A DNA stretch of 64,000 bases. It comes from the human T2T-CHM13v2.0 reference genome, Homo sapiens. Below are positions 16,126 through 28,975 of this stretch, piece by piece (position 1 is the first letter of the stretch; every line of letters starts with the position of its first letter). A model generated the notes under the pieces. That model was given only the letters and a program-made list of their open reading frames with translations, made no database searches and had not been told where the DNA came from. A program made the position numbers and the translations under genes. The DNA lies in the NCBI RefSeq assembly GCF_009914755.1, contig NC_060931.1. The stretch is one strand, 5' to 3'.

Positions 16126-17104
16126 TATACCTACTGTTCTTATGCTTGGTTGTTGTGTTTTAAGCCTTCTGTGACCTCACGGAAATTTTGATGTTGACAC
16201 AGCTCCAGGTTTTACATAAATTTAAAGGCCATTTGAATTGGAATTTGATTAATGAACATAAAACCTAGTAGTGAAGTTAACACTCTCTTAACATCCCCAC
16301 CACAAAAGCAAAGCCTTGAATTGAGTCTCACTCTATTCAAATCACTCACATTCTTATTGCAAATTTCAAACCTACTTATTATCTGGTAGTGTCTTCTCCC
16401 CAGTCTGCCACTGCACATAGAAAAGAAGGACATAGTTTAATTGCTTCCCATGCTCACAGCAGTAAGTCCACATCATTCTTAATTTTGTTTTATAAGAGTT
16501 TTTCTTCAAATACAAACATCATGCTATTGATCCACCATTAGGTATCATGTGCATTAAGTGGATTTCCTGGGAGTGGGGCTGTTGAATCCTTTCATACTCC
16601 ATTGCCTATCACCCTTTACAAAAATCCCTCACTGTGCAACACATAATATGAGGAATAAGAAAAATTAGGAGAAATATTCTAAATATATAGAAGAAGGTAA
16701 ATAGACTGCCTATATACTTGGTAAATTCTGATCATATTTGTATATTCGTTGGAATGTTTTAAATGCCTTCAGATGTAATTTTAAAATATAATCTGTGTTT
16801 ATTTAAGCATGATTGACTTCTTTTTTAAAAAAAAAAAAATGAATGATTTAAATCCTACAGACCCTACTTATGTCAGAGGTCAGCAACCTTGTAGAAGTAG
16901 TGTGTGCCAAGCTGCCAGTTCCTATTTCTGTCAAGCAAGGGAGAAAAGAAGCAGAAGCCCAAAATAGGCAACTGAGAAATATCTGTGATACACAGATATG
17001 TGAGGCCTTTCTGATGAATCTATTGCAAATTGAACTTTTGACCCTGTATAAATCCCCTTTTTGTGCTTCATGTTTTCTGATTGCACTTATCACTATTTAA
17101 TACT

Positions 17105-17143
17105 CTGTCTCTCTTTCTCTCTCTCTCTCACTATATATATATA

Positions 17144-17188
<45 letters not shown>

Positions 17189-17190
17189 CT
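17105..17190. repeat. Compound (TC)n(TA)n(CA)n(TA)n microsatellite
   Basis: Seen directly. An L2 3'-end fragment follows to ~17320. Confidence 0.93.
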
Positions 17191-17899
17191 AATTTTCTAT
17201 CCACCTCCCAACTAGAATGCAAGCTCCAAAACAGTAGAGATTTTTGTCTGCTTTATATTCACTATACCTAGAATAATGCCTGGCACCTAGCAGGATTTCT
17301 GTAAATATTTGTGGGAGGAAAGAAGGAAGTGTGTTCAAATAAAGATCCTATAGAAGTTCTTCATGTGCATTTCATACCTTACTATGTGACTTTAATTAGA
17401 AACCACTCCCTCCCTTAAAATCCAAATGAGGCCAGCTGCTTAAGAAATGGATATCATTTCTAGATAAAAAGAGGCAGTGGAAAGACACAGATAGTATCTT
17501 GCAATTTGGGGTGATTCAATCAGAAAAGATCTTTTGAGGGAAAAAAAAAGTTCAACAAGAAACACCAAGAAGCCTTTGCAGAAGACCAGTGGTTGCAGCA
17601 GCAGCTCCCATCATCTAAATGTCTTCTTTTTCAAAGGGCAGGGCCCTCCTGGGCGATGGCCCACAAACATCTCACAGAGTCCCTAAGGAGTTCTACCAAA
17701 CTGAATGAGTCTCCTAATTACAACATTAAAATACCTATCATCCAGTCTTACTTTTGACAGATGTCCTTGTACTTTTACAGAGCTTAGAGTGAAAGCATCT
17801 AAAAAAATGTTTACCTTTAACCTGGTATAAGGAGTAATGTACCTTTTTTCTTCCTTCAGTTTAAAATCCATTCCACCAAAACCTGGCCGTCTACACACA

Positions 17900-18232
17900 A
17901 AATATAATGATGGTTATCAGGGGCCACAGGAAAAGGATGAGAAAAATGGTGATTAAAGGGTACAAAATTTCAGTTAGAGGGAATAAGCCTTAGTGATCTG
18001 ATGCAAAATGGTGACTATAATAAATAATAATGCATTGCATATTTCAAAATTACTAAAAAGGTAGATTTCAAATGTTTTCACCACAAAAAAATGACAAGTA
18101 TATTAGAGGAAGGATTTGTTAATTAACAGATTTAATCATTCCACATTGTAAACATGTATCAAAACATAATATTGTACCCATAAATATGTACAGTTATCTG
18201 TCCATTGAAAATAAAACTAAAACAAAACAAAA
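17900..18232 (+). mobile_element. L1MA-type 3' end
   Basis: aaagggtacaaaatttcagttag, atgttttcaccacaaaaaa and gatttaatcattccacattgta. Confidence 0.8.
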
Positions 18233-18299
18233 AGGCTTTGCTAAAGGAATCTCCACAAGCTTCCAAGGATATTTGAAAAGTTCTACCTAAATCACTACT

Positions 18300-18640
18300 G
18301 TGGTGATTTAAGCTCTTTCTTGCCTGTCCCCCTGCAGTGAAGAAAGAACAGCTGCTCATCATCACTCATATAATATCTCTTCACACACAGTGAAACCAAG
18401 AAAACAACCATATTCAAAAATGCCTGTCAAAAGACAATCGTCCTGGGAACCACTCATGGCCTCTGTGTCTATGATTTCACTGAACTTGAAGACTGTAATT
18501 AAGTCCCTATTCAGACTTCACTTCTCTAGGCTAAATAAACCCAATCCTTTAGACTTTCATCACATAGCAGATTTCTCAAACCTTTTAATAATTTCTGTTG
18601 GATTCCTCTGGATTCTCTCCAAATTCTACATAATAAAATC
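18300..18640 (-). mobile_element. Probable L3/CR1 relic, interrupted at 18388-18482
   Basis: cttctctaggctaaataaacccaatcc..ctctggattctctcca resembles the recalled CR1/L3 3' region. Confidence 0.5.
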
Positions 18641-18999
18641 ATGACCAGGGCTTCAGGAGAAAAAGGGAATTGCCTGGCAGCCTCTTAATGTTATCCTCTT
18701 ACATTTGTACAGTTTGTTTTTCCTCCCTATGTGAATTACCCTGCACACATTTCTACAGAGCTATATTCAGTAGATGTAAATGTACTCAGTTTACATGTAC
18801 TAGTTCTTCCAACTTGCCATGATTTTTTTTTTGAAGTGTAATCCTCTTTTTGTTTTCCAGAGTACTGGCATCCTAGCCTGGTTCAAAGAAATTGACATAT
18901 TATGTGTCACTAATGAAAAGGAAAAACATCAGGCTAAAGACTGTCATCTAGAGAGTATTATTCAGAATCTACTTCCACAAACTTCCCAGGGTGGGCCAG

Positions 19000-19175
19000 G
19001 TGGGTTTAGATTTCAACTCTGCCATTTACTAGTTTCAGGACTGTGGCAAATATTGAACATTTTTTGGAGAATAATAATGCCTACTTCCCAGGGTTATCAT
19101 GAAAAATGAATTGAGTTAATAATGGAAAGAATATGGCAGAGTGATACGTGCTCTGCATAATACTATATATATTCA
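19000..19175 (+). mobile_element. MIR
   Basis: tgggtttagatttcaactctgccatttactag..ataataatgcctacttcccagggtt. Confidence 0.7.
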
Positions 19176-20029
19176 TTATTTTATCTTCTTTATGGAACAA
19201 CCATTATAACCACTTTGAACTACTTTCACAGCACAATGGTAAAGGCCAAGAGAGCTCATTCCTCTATAGAATGAAACTCAATATGAAGGATGAAAGGCTG
19301 GTCAAAATAATAAGTCAAAAGACTTAACTCTTAGCATATACCTCACCATCCTGCTTTTCAGTCAGAGCAGCAGCAAGGACATGAGATATAAGCAATGGTG
19401 TACACCTAAGAAGTGCAGGGAAACTCAAAAAATGATAACCCAGTATGAGCAAAATAAACTTAGAAACCAAACCCCTGAATTCGGCTCTTTCCCCAGTGTA
19501 TTGATTGAGCATTAGACCAAAAGACTGATCAGGTATAAATTTAGTATTTTATTTTAGAAAAGAATAGCTTACTGCTCCAAAGATAATCAAAATATTAATC
19601 CTTTTCACTTTTTGTGAGAGCAATTTTTGATTCTAATGTTTTTAAAAGGCATATAGGTTTCAATATAAAGAAGCTACATATTATTTCAAATGAAAAACAA
19701 GATGAAAATCCTAAGTAGAACAGGGCAAAAAATTAATAATGTATTTTTTTCAACGACTTTCCTGACATTTGACCTCTTGGTGGGGAGTCTACGCAGCTAG
19801 CAAACCAAATACGTACCTCCTTCACAAAACTACTATAAAAATATAACTACTGTTTGACAAAGCACTTACGGATATGCTTCAAAATTGCTGATTGACAAGG
19901 ATATAATATTATCTGTAGTTTTAAAATATTTTTAACAATGTGGTTCAAAAAACTTTCCATGTATTAGATTCTATGTAATGTAATCTTAGCAGAGAGAAGT
20001 CACATTCACAACGTGAATAAATAAGAGGA

Positions 20030-20240
20030 GAGCTAACATGCAATTTCTTCCATACACCAGGTGCTCTGCTAAACACCTTATACACCTTATCTCATTTAAT
20101 CCTCAGAACACTTTACCACAAGTGAATGGGGAAATTGAAGCTTAGAGAAGGTAAATAACTGTTCAGTGTAACAAATTAAGAATGATACTCAGGAATACAT
20201 AAATCAAGATATAGATTTCAACCCAACCCTATTCTGATCA
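20030..20240 (-). mobile_element. MIR
   Basis: tctcatttaatcctcagaac..ggaaattgaagcttagagaaggtaaataact. Confidence 0.7.
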
Positions 20241-22171
20241 TGCAATCAAGTTAGTAGGTCATCACTAGCATTTATTTTAATAGGATATTAATAGAACAGA
20301 GAAAGACCATAAATAGTAAAACAGAATAAACTTCTTTGAAAGTCACTGCTCTAAACCACTGCTATATTAGAAGCAACTAAACATCAAAGAAACATTAATC
20401 TTAAAAGCATTCAAGAATATTCAGAGATCATTTACCCTTACCATTTCACTTTACAGATGAAGAAACTTAAAGTTTGGGTTATTTTCTTTACCCATAGTCA
20501 TATGGCTAGTTGGTGGCAAAATCAGAACAAGAGCCCAGGGCTAACAAAAGTATATTGATTTGAGAGATGTATTATAAGGCATAATTTACTTTGAGTTAAA
20601 CAGATTTTTCTCAATAATTACACCAGGAACATGGGCATAAACCTAAACTGTCTCAGGAAAACCAGAATGAGCAGTATATAGCTCTAGAAATTAACCAAAA
20701 CTTGTCAAACAAAAGTAAACATGGTGAGAAAAATGATCGTTCAATGGAAGTTTTTTCAAAACAATGTAGTTTTAATTTACATACAGAGCTATAAGTAAAA
20801 ATAACCCTTATATCTAGGCTGTAATTCTTTTTCCGTGTTTTAATGTTTACATAATTTAAACACGAATCTATCAGTGAAACAAGAAGAAAAGATTATAAAT
20901 TTTGAGCAACCGTGGCAACAAAACCATCAGGACCTTGTCAATGATTCACAATGATTTCCTAGTATTTTCCAGTGTTGATACCAAAACTGGCAAGGACAGA
21001 TTCAAACTAAATTGCTGATACTGTGAAATAATGCTCACCAGATGCAAGCGCCATGTAATGCAAGTGACAGTTTCTATAAATATAATTCATAACTAATATT
21101 AATTTTCAAAGGACTTAGCAAAAACTAAAAAAAGAAATATTTTATTTTCATATGTAATTTTCTCAGTCAGTATTTCAGAGTGAAGATTAGTATGGGTATT
21201 TCTTACCCCAGCTAAGTATAATGTAGCAATAAATGGACTTTTCAATAACTGAGAAGAAAACTAATATTTTAGCCTATGAAATCATTATGTAAATTTAACT
21301 GGCTTATACTGCAGCCCTTATGACTTGAAACATCTGTTCGATACAAGTTTTCTGATAATATGTGAAGTTTCAAACTGCATATTACAGCATTTTGCAGCAT
21401 ATTTGTAACATGATGGTTTTGTCCTTTACTAGATAGGAGACTTTCAAGGTGTGACCTGTAACAAGGTACTGAAGTTACTACTTACTTCACCATCTGCTCA
21501 TATGTATTTTCATCTAAAATTACATAGCATTCATAACTATATTAGAAAACTGTCTTCACACAATTTGGCACTTAATTTTATGTGTTGATATATTGCCTGA
21601 GGTCCCCAATGCAGTATCATGATAAACAAGGACCACAGATAAGAACCAAAAAGGAGATAAAAGGGTGGTAAGTTGGCAAAACACATATGACAAAGCTTAA
21701 GTACTGAAATTGTGGTACAGCCCTAAAGCCTTCACACATAGACTGTATACTCATAGTTTAGACACAAGTTGAACAGATTAAGAGTGCAGGTTTCCCTTTC
21801 CACAAAAGATTAGAATAAGTAAAATGGAAAAGAGTCACAAGACTGTCACAGAGAAGCATGCAGCAAACAATACACATGAAATATGAATTGGGAAGCCAGT
21901 GAAAAAGAAGGAGAAATCTTATTATACGGTTATTCATAAGAAGTCCAAATAAAGCCAACAAAACTCTCTGGCTGTTCTAGCAGGCGTATAAATGTGTGCA
22001 ACCATTGTACTACCATTTTACATACACAAGTAAAATTTATATATATATAAAACCACCTAGAGATACTTTTCCACATATCACATGGAGCTATGTATAATGA
22101 AATTTTGTCAGTGTTATTTATGATAGTAATCCAAAGTAACAATCACTTGGAGGTTCGATAATAAAAATGTG

Positions 22172-24395
22172 GCATATCAACAAAAATTAACTCTAAATGG
22201 ATTTTATACCCAAATATAAAACCTACCACTATAAAACTTTCGGAACACATAGAAGAAAATTTTCATGAATTCTGAGTAGGAAAGGATTTATTAGAAAGAA
22301 TGTTAAAAAAAAAAAAAAGCACTAAAAATGAAAGAAACAAATTGCTACACTGAAATTCATAAAAATGAAAAGCTTCTACTCTTAAAAATACATCATTTAA
22401 AAATGAAAAAGGCCATCTATATAATAGGAGAAAATATTTGCAATAAGTATATCTGACAAGGGAGTAATATCAAGATGTGAAGAACTCATAACTTTATAAG
22501 ACCAATAAACCATCGTTAAAATGGGCAAAATAATCTGAACAGATACTTCACAAAAGAAGATGGTCAATAAGCATTTGAAAAGATGCTCACATCCTAATTC
22601 ATCTGAAAAGCAAAAACTGAAACCACAGTGAAATACCAATACATGAAATTAAAACGACTAAAGTTAAAAACTGATAATACTAGACACAAACAGACATTTC
22701 GCCAGAGAGGATATAAAAATGGCAAATAAGCACACACAAAGATGTTCAACATCACTAGGTAATTAGGAAATCGAAATTAAAACTAAAATGAGGTATCTTT
22801 ACACAACTGTTAGAATAGCTTTAAAAAATGGTAATCCCAATGCTGGTAAGGATATGAAGAAATTATATAAATCATACATTTGCTGGTAGGAATATAAAAT
22901 GGTACAGCCACCCCAGAGAATAGTTAGAAATTTTCTTTAAAAAAAAATAGAAAACAAAATTTAACATACACTTAGTACACACTTAGCACTCACAATACTA
23001 GGCATTTATCCCAGAGAAATGGGAACTGTCCACAAGAAAGCATGCCCATAGATATTCATAACAGACTTTTTTTGTAATAATCAAAAGTTAAAAACAATCC
23101 AAATGTCTTTTACTGGCTGAATGGTTAAATAAACTGTGTTATAGCCATACTACTCAGCAATGAAATGCAAAAAACTAGAACTCTCAATACATGTAACACA
23201 ACACCTTGGATGGATATCAAAGGCATTGCACTGAGTGAAAAAGCCAACTTCAAAAGGTTATATTCTATATGATTTCACTTATATAATATTCTCTAAATGG
23301 CAAAATTATGGAGATGAAGAACAGATTAGTGGTTGCCAAGGGCCCACAAAAGTGGAGAGGAAATGGAGAAAAGGGAGCCAAAAGGGATGCATAAGAATAT
23401 AAAGGGCTAGAATGAGGAATCTTTGGGATAACAGGAAAGTTCTGCATCTTGATTATGGTGGTGTTTGCATGAATCTACAAATGTGACAAATTCCATAGGA
23501 CTATATATACATGTACACTGAAATGAATCCATATAAAACTAGTGAAATCTGAATAAGGTCTGTGGATTGTACCAACATCACTTCCCTGCTTTTGATACAG
23601 TTCTAAAATTACACAAGATGTTATCACTGGAGAAAACTGGGTAAAAGAAACACAGGACCTTTCAGCATTATTTTTGCAACTATGACTCTATTTCAAAATA
23701 AAAAGCTTAAAAATAAAAGACTGACAATATTCCAAGTGTTGTCAAGAATGTGAAGGAACTCAAACTCTTATTTGTTACTGGTGAGACTGTCACACAATCA
23801 CTTTATAAAACATTTTGGCAGTTTTAGAAATAAAGTTATTATATACTTATCACAAGACTCAGGAATTCCATTCCTACGTATTTACCAAGAGAAAAGAAAA
23901 CATGACAACACAATGACTTGTGCATAAATGTATATACCAGCTTTAATGATACTAGTCAAAAACTAGAAACAACGAAAATATCCATAAACAGGTGAATGGA
24001 TAAACAAGTTGTGGTATATTCCCACAAAGAAAAATTGCACAGAAATAAAAAGAAATGAACTAGTCATTCAAACAACAGCATAAATGAGTCTCAAAAACAA
24101 GCTGAACAAAAGAAACCAGACTCAAAAAGTGTATACTGTATAAGTCCAATTATACAAAATCTAGTTTAGGAAAAATGAATCCACTGTGACAAAAAGATCA
24201 GTGATTTCATGCAGCCAGAAGCAGGATTTACTGGTAAGGGGTACCAGGGTACTCCTTCACATCTTGGGGTGAAGGGAATATTCTATATATTGATTGTGAT
24301 GTTGGTTACAAAAATGTATTCATTTGTCAAAACCCACTATACATTTAAAATGACATTATCTTATTATATATATTATAACTTAATAAAGTTGAAAA
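22172..24395 (+). mobile_element. Old L1 (L1ME-like) ORF2 end and 3'UTR with a nested L1MC/MD at ~22680-23715
   Basis: Two successive sets of ORF2 C-terminal motifs. Degenerate TSD aaaaactgataata (22666-22679) and aaagactgacaata (23716-23729). Confidence 0.75.
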
Positions 24396-24524
24396 TGTGG
24401 CATATGCTTAAAACAGAATATCAAGTAGCAATTAAAGATTATGAATTTTATGTACACATGGCAACATGGAAAAGGAGGAAAGAACCAAGCAGGATTTATA
24501 GCACAATACTTCAGCATTAATGGA

Positions 24525-24770
24525 GAGGGAGCTTATTATACTGGTCAAGGAGGTGTGGACTCTAGAACCAGACAGCCTCAGCTGAAATCCTGGCTCCACA
24601 CTTATGAGTTACATACCCTTGGGCAAATTACTTAATCTTTCTGTGCCAAGAGGGATAGCAGTACTTGCCACACAGGGTTCTTGGGAGGATCCGATAAATT
24701 AATGTTGCTAAAAGCTTAAAACAGTGTCTGGGATTTGAAAAATGCTATGTAAGTATTTGTTAAAAATATA
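24525..24770 (+). mobile_element. MIR
   Basis: ggactctagaaccagacagcc..aaatcctggctccacacttat..ccttgggcaaattacttaatctttctgtgcc. Confidence 0.8.
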
Positions 24771-24784
24771 TAATAAAACAGCTG

Positions 24785-25091
24785 GGCCAAGCACGGTGGC
24801 TCTCGCCTGTAATCCCAGCACTTTGGGAGACTGAAGTGGGTGGATCACCTAAGGTCAGGAGTTCAAGACCAGGCTGGCCAACATGGTGAAACCCCATCTC
24901 TACTAAAAACACACAAAAAAAATTTAGCTGGGCATGGTGGCAGGTGCCTGTAGTTCCAGGTACTCAGGAGGCTGAGACAAGAGAATCGCTTGAACCAGGG
25001 AGGCATAGGTTACAGTGAGCCAAGATCGTGCCACTGCACTCCAGCAGCCTGGGTGACAGAGCGAGACTCTGCCTCAAAAAAAAAAAAAAAA
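24785..25091 (+). mobile_element. AluS (Sx/Sz-like)
   Basis: Full dimer with gatcacctaaggtcaggagttcaagacc and a poly(A) tail. Confidence 0.92.
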
Positions 25092-26699
25092 GCAGCCGAT
25101 CTTTTTTTCAAGGATATACATATATCTAAATAAGGTGATGGAGAGGAAACTGTAAGGACATATATTAAATACTTTACATACATATTCAATGCAAGAAGAA
25201 GAATGCAGGCAGTATGAAAGAAAAGTAATAAACTAAAATAAAGGGGTTAATATTGATCAGTAATGAGTGTCTGTTATAAGCAAACATAGTCTGTGCACTT
25301 GAAGTCATAAATGGGAGAAAGTACAGTCAAAAGGCACAACTATCAGGACTAACTTTATTTAAGGACAAGCCTACATACCTCACTATTTGTCTTGAATTAC
25401 CAGAACCATAAATAACTGGTGTACAATGTCATTGAGACTTAAGAAAAAGAGACAAAGGCAAAGACAGAAGGCACCAAGACAGGGTACAGTTAAAAACACA
25501 CACAGACAAATGCCAAATACATTTGAGAAAGAGTTTCCATCATGTTCATAAGTAGGATATTATAACAAGTCTTGGACAGCTGTCATTATGCATAAATAAT
25601 GTACCACAAAATTGAAAGCTACATGAACATAGAACCGGCCAGAATACCAAACAGTGGTGGTACACACCAGTTATCACTAAATAGCTGTTAATCTCATTCA
25701 ATAACCATCACTGAATGCCTACTATATGCTAGGTGTTCTAGTAAGCTCATCAAATAAATAATCTTCAAAATGCAACATAGAATTCAGTGGCCATTAGAAA
25801 AATCAAACAAGAGTTTGTCATTTTCAGAAGCAAATACAAAACTATTATTAGTGGGGTTTTCCCAGATAATTCTTTAAAGGTAGCTGAAGCAGAAAAAAAA
25901 AAAAAAAAGAAATGTGTGATTATCTACTTAAAAAGGACACAAAGTGGATCTTTTGAAAAATAAAATATTAAACTTATTAATGAGATAACAGTTTACTGTA
26001 GTTTCTGATCATAAGCAACATGCACACAAAAGAGGAATCTCATGTGTGAATTTGTCTTTTTTTTTTAATAGGAAGGATTCTGCAGCTACCATGCAAAGAT
26101 ACTTGCATATGGTCTGTTTACACATAGAATTTATTGTCTAGCCAGGGCCCATTTTAAAAAGAAAAGAGAACAAAAGGACTAACGGCAATATACAAGCACA
26201 AATGAACAAGGGCTGCATCCTTGCTGACGAAATTGCAGTAACTACAAGGAAAGTAATTATTTCAACAGGTATCTGAAATAAAAGCTGGATAGACCCTAGA
26301 GAAGTGGAGTGGAATTACAGTAAAACTTATTTTGAAGGAAAAAATATTAAGACATCTATAGACATATAAGTATCTCTGACATTCTCAGTTAAGAGGTTCT
26401 TAGTTGAGTAAGTGATACTGGTCCTCTGGGATCAGGTCACAGACTTACAGAGTCAAATGCCTGTAACAAGTATCACACACAACCTAAAACACTCCTGGAT
26501 AACATCCTGTACTTTTAAGTGCAGAGATTTGTTTGCAGCTTTGCTGAGGTCCTCAATTCTGTTTGCATAGCAGACCCACCTGAAGATCTTTCTAAAAGTA
26601 CAGACACGGACCCCACCAGTTAAATCAAAATCACTAGGGCTGGAAGTCATATGTTGTCTACTAATCAGCCAAAATAATGAGTAAAGGGTTTTTCTTTAA

Positions 26700-28190
26700 T
26701 TAAATTTTTTTTATTTTGAGATAATTGTAGATTCACATGCAGTTGTAAGAAATAATACATAGAGATCCCATGTACTCTCTAGCCACATTGTCATAGTAGT
26801 GACATCTTGCAAAAATATGATGCAAAATCACAACCATGATATTAACATTAACACAGTCAAAATATAAAACAATTCCATCACCACAAGGATGCCTTCTGTT
26901 GTCCTTTCATAGACACAACCAAACTCCTTCCGCACCCATCCCCAACTCCAAGTCCTGACTCCGGGCAACCATTTCATAATTTTGTCATGTCAAGAATCTT
27001 ATATAAAGGTATTCACTTGTGACCTATGTGCATTAGTTTTCTTTGATGCAGAAAAATTCCCTGGAGATTCAGCCAGATTATTTCATGTATCATACCTTTC
27101 CATTGCTGAGTAGGATTCTAGGTATATATGTGTACAATTAATTTCACCACTGACAGTTGCAGAACATTCAGGATGTTGCCAGTTTGGGCCCACCAATAAA
27201 GTTGCTACAAACATTCATGTACAGGTTTTTGTTGGAACATAAGTTTTCATCACTCTCAGATAAATACACAAGAGTGCAATTGCTGGGTCGTATGGTAATT
27301 GCATGTTTAGGTTCATAGGAAACTGCCACACTGTTTTTTTTCCAGAGTGGCTGTACAATTTTGTGTATCCTATCAGCAATATTATGAGTGATCCAGTTTC
27401 CTCACATCCTCACCAGCACTTGATGTTGTTACTTTCTTATTTTAGTCATTCTGATAGGTGTGTAGTAATAACTTATTGTGATTTTAATTTACATCTCTCT
27501 AATGCCTAATGATGTTGTACGTCTTTTCATTGTACTTATTTGTCATCTGTATATCTTCTTTGGTAAAAAGTTTCTTCTTGTCTTTTGTTCATTTCCTAAT
27601 TGAATTGTTTATTTTTTGCAGTTAGGTTTTAAGAGTTATTTATATATTCTAGACACTGGGGGTTTGTTTGTTTTGTTTTTTTTTTTGGCAGGAGATATGG
27701 TTTGCAAATATTTTCTCCAAGCCTGCAGCTTTGTCTTTCCATTCTCTCTTAACAAGAGTCTTACACAGAACAAATAAGGCCCAATTTATCAATCTTTCCT
27801 TCTATGGATCATGCTTTCAGTGTCAAGTCTAAGAACTGATTGCCTAGCCCTAGATCCTAAAGATTTTAACCTATTTTTTTCTAAAAGTTGTATACTTTCA
27901 TATTTTGTATTTAAGCCAATGATCCATTTTGAGCTAATTTTTGTAGAAGGTATGAGGTTTAGGTCAAGGTTCATTATTTTACCTGTGAATGTCCAGTTTC
28001 TCCAGCATCATTTGTTGAAATTTCTAACCTTCCTCCATTGAACTATTTGGCTCCTTTGTCAAAAATTAAGTTGGCCACATCTGTGTAGGCTATTTCTGTG
28101 TTTCATATACTATGCCATTGATCTATGTGTCTATCCCTCCACCAATAACACATTGTCTTGAATACTATAGCTATACAGTAGGTCTTATCA
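26700..28190 (-). mobile_element. L1MC/MD-type 3' portion
   Basis: ttttgagataattgtagattcacatgcagttgtaagaaataatac 3' end. ORF2 peptide NLDLNLIPSTKISSKWI on the minus strand. Confidence 0.82.
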
Positions 28191-28231
28191 AAATGGTTTT
28201 TAAATGTAAATTACGCCATGTCAGTTTCATG

Positions 28232-28271
<40 letters not shown>

Positions 28272-28745
28272 AAGAATTCCCTGCCACAATTAGAATGATA
28301 TCCTGACTCCTTATCCAGGCTCACAGAGCTGTACATGACTAGATTCACCAGCCTCTCAGGTCACACCTCACACTGCACAGGCCCAGGTCAGTACCCATTA
28401 GCATCACCAGTCTTTTTGTTCTCTGAGTACATCTTAGTAACTTCACTGGAATGCCCTTGCCCCAGATTTCTACAAGGTTAGTTCTCTGTCATCAGTTCTC
28501 AACTAAAATGTTACCTCCTAAAAAAATACTTCCTTGACTATCCAAGCTATACAAACACCCAAGTTTAATCCTCTACATATCAGTTAGCACTACCTGAAAA
28601 TTTTATCATTTATTTACCTGTTGTATTGTCTCCCTGACCTCCTGAACCAAAATATAAGTTTCATATGAACAGGATCCTTGTCTGCCTTGTTCAGCAGACC
28701 AGCACATAGAATAGTGCTTGACGTCCCTATTTATGAAGTGTGGCA
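28190..28745 (+). mobile_element. L2 3' end containing an A32 run (28236-28267)
   Basis: ctggaatgcccttgccccagat, aatgttacctcc and ccagcacatagaatagtgcttg. Confidence 0.68.
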
Positions 28746-28759
28746 TGAATAATAATAAG

Positions 28760-28975
28760 TACAGCAATAACAAAAACACATCTATACATAGCACTTGTCT
28801 AAAAGCTCTTTCGATAACTCTGTGTGTGTGTGTGCAGGCACATGCGGGCTCATTCAGTCTTCATGATAACCCTAGGAGGTGCTATTACTGTTCCCATTAT
28901 ATAAATAAAAGAAATTGAAGCACGGAGAGGTTAAATAACCAAATCAAGGTTACACATCTACTAAAAGAGCATTAG
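28760..28975 (-). mobile_element. MIR
   Basis: cattcagtcttcatgataaccctaggagg..gaaattgaagcacggagaggttaaataacc..aaggttacaca. Confidence 0.75.

Noticed and set aside
17843-17890. Possible minus-strand exon RPGFGGMDFKLKEEK
   Set aside because: The acceptor abuts an L1 boundary, the donor gtacat is weak and I do not recognise the peptide.
19347-19405. Minus-strand ag/gt-bounded segment (cttcttag|GTG..GATG|gtgagg)
   Set aside because: It is 59 nt, frame-shifting and gives no recognisable peptide. Such pseudo-exons are expected by chance in 64 kb.
19870-19912. Minus-strand segment with a gtaagt donor
   Set aside because: The acceptor lacks a pyrimidine tract, and the 43-nt segment gives no recognisable peptide.
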